Positions 62,901 to 64,000 of a stretch of DNA of 64,000 nt are shown piece by piece. Source of the DNA: an uncultured delta proteobacterium (GTDB lineage: Bacteria; Myxococcota_A; Polyangia; Polyangiales; B10-G4); contig CAVSGI010000020.1 of the NCBI GenBank assembly GCA_963727445.1, forward strand, positions 512,001 through 576,000, written 5' to 3'. The notes below the pieces were generated by a model, which made no database searches, was not told the origin of the DNA, and was given only the letters and a program-made list of their open reading frames with translations. Numbering within the stretch: the first letter of the stretch is position 1; the number at the start of each line of letters is the position of its first letter. A program made the position numbers and the translations under genes.

Positions 62901-63579
62901 CTACGGGTTCTGGGCCGCGCGCTCCGAAGGAGACGACGTGGTGCTTCTCGACGGAGACGCCGTGCGGACACGCTTCCCCATGCTCCGGCAGCAGGCGGTG
63001 AAAGCGGCGGACGCGCCCTACCAGTGCCTCGCCGACTTCGTCGCTCCGGCCGGCGCGGGCGTCGTCGACCACGTGGGCGCGTTCGCCGTGAGCGCCGGGC
63101 ACGGCGTCGCCGAGCTGGTGGAGCGCTACGAAAAGGAACACGACGACTACCACGCCATCATGGTCAAGGCGCTCGCCGACCGCCTCGCCGAGGCCCTGGC
63201 CGAGCTCCTCCACGAGCGTGCGCGCAAGGACTGGGGCTACGGCGCCAGCGAGGATCTGACGAGCCAAGAGCTGATCGCCGAGAAGTACCGCGGCATCCGC
63301 CCGGCCTTCGGATATCCGGCGTGCCCCGATCACAGCCTCAAGACGCGGCTCTTCTCCCTGCTCGGCGCCGAAGAGGTCGGCATCGAGCTCACCGAGAGCT
63401 TCGCCATGATGCCGGCTGCAAGCGTGAGCGGCATGTACTTCGCCCATCCCGAGAGCCGTTACTTCATGGTTGGCCGGGTCGGGCGCGACCAGGTGGAGGA
63501 CTACGCCGGGCGGCTCGGTGTCGACCTCGCGACGGCGGAGCGATACCTGGCGCCGAACTTGTCCTACGATCCCGACTGA
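59903..63579 (+). CDS. metH: cobalamin-dependent methionine synthase (several frameshifts at 61240-62400)
   Basis: [63 protein letters not shown] (B12 motif), [24 protein letters not shown]. Confidence 0.95.
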
Positions 63580-64000
63580 GTGCTCTTCGAGTGGGACGAG
63601 CGAGGCATCCGATTCGTGGCGGCAGAGTCTCTGCCGCCGCGGACAGAGACCGTCTCCCTCTCGGGCCAGACCATCTACCGCGTCCCCTGGGAGCAGGTCG
63701 AAGCGCTCGAGCCCGTCGATCCCTGGCCGGCCCTTCGCATCGCCTGGGACGGCGCGAGTGAGGTGCTGTCGCCGGACGATTGGGACGAGGAACGCGACTT
63801 CGCCGTGCGCGTCGCCGCGCTGGTCGACGAGGCGCGCCGCCGCGCGCCGGGCGCGGCGTCGTCCGGGTGGCTGGCGGCGCCCCAGCTCGACTGGGAGCGG
63901 GTGAAGTACATGCCCGGCGAGACCCCTTCGCCGCGTGAGCAGGGGGCCTACCGCAGTCAGGAGCTGGCGCCACCAGGCGTGGTGATGGTGGCGCATCGTC
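63580..64000 (+). CDS. hypothetical protein, runs off the window
   Basis: Open frame from GTG directly after the metH stop: VLFEWDERGIRF..WEQVEALEP..; no stop before 64000. Confidence 0.55.
   Translation, partial: MLFEWDERGIRFVAAESLPPRTETVSLSGQTIYRVPWEQVEALEPVDPWPALRIAWDGASEVLSPDDWDEERDFAVRVAALVDEARRRAPGAASSGWLAAPQLDWERVKYMPGETPSPREQGAYRSQELAPPGVVMVAHR

Noticed and set aside
59903..63579. Naturally split or pseudogenised metH, or programmed frameshifting
   Set aside because: All domains and motifs are present in order, and the breaks are scattered single-base indels like those elsewhere in the window.

Overview
High-GC (~70%) bacterial DNA. The gene content (giant TPR protein, DUF1592/DUF1552 pair, many Cys-rich lipoproteins, HMG-CoA reductase) suggests Myxococcota, probably Polyangia/Sandaracinaceae-like; this is an inference. 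Recognisable housekeeping blocks are a partial pyruvate:ferredoxin oxidoreductase, a menaquinone operon (polyprenyl synthase, HMG-CoA reductase, menG, F, D, H, A, C, E; no menB), a TetR/HlyD/ABC-2/TolC efflux operon, an ATP-dependent ligase plus MBL exonuclease, a GGDEF cyclase, a Grx4 fusion and an ArsR-methyltransferase (SahR-like) gene before metH. Frameshifts are clustered in several genes and look like long-read indel errors. The most unusual locus is 7680-17305: a tightly coupled minus-strand four-gene operon (1688-aa HEAT/zincin/vWA protein, MoxR AAA+ ATPase with a TRAM-like N-terminus, HTH fused to an EgtD-like methyltransferase, RecQ) lying head-to-head with a ~430-nt, densely base-paired, apparently non-coding plus-strand RNA candidate. 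All family calls come from motif recognition by eye; no database searches were run.
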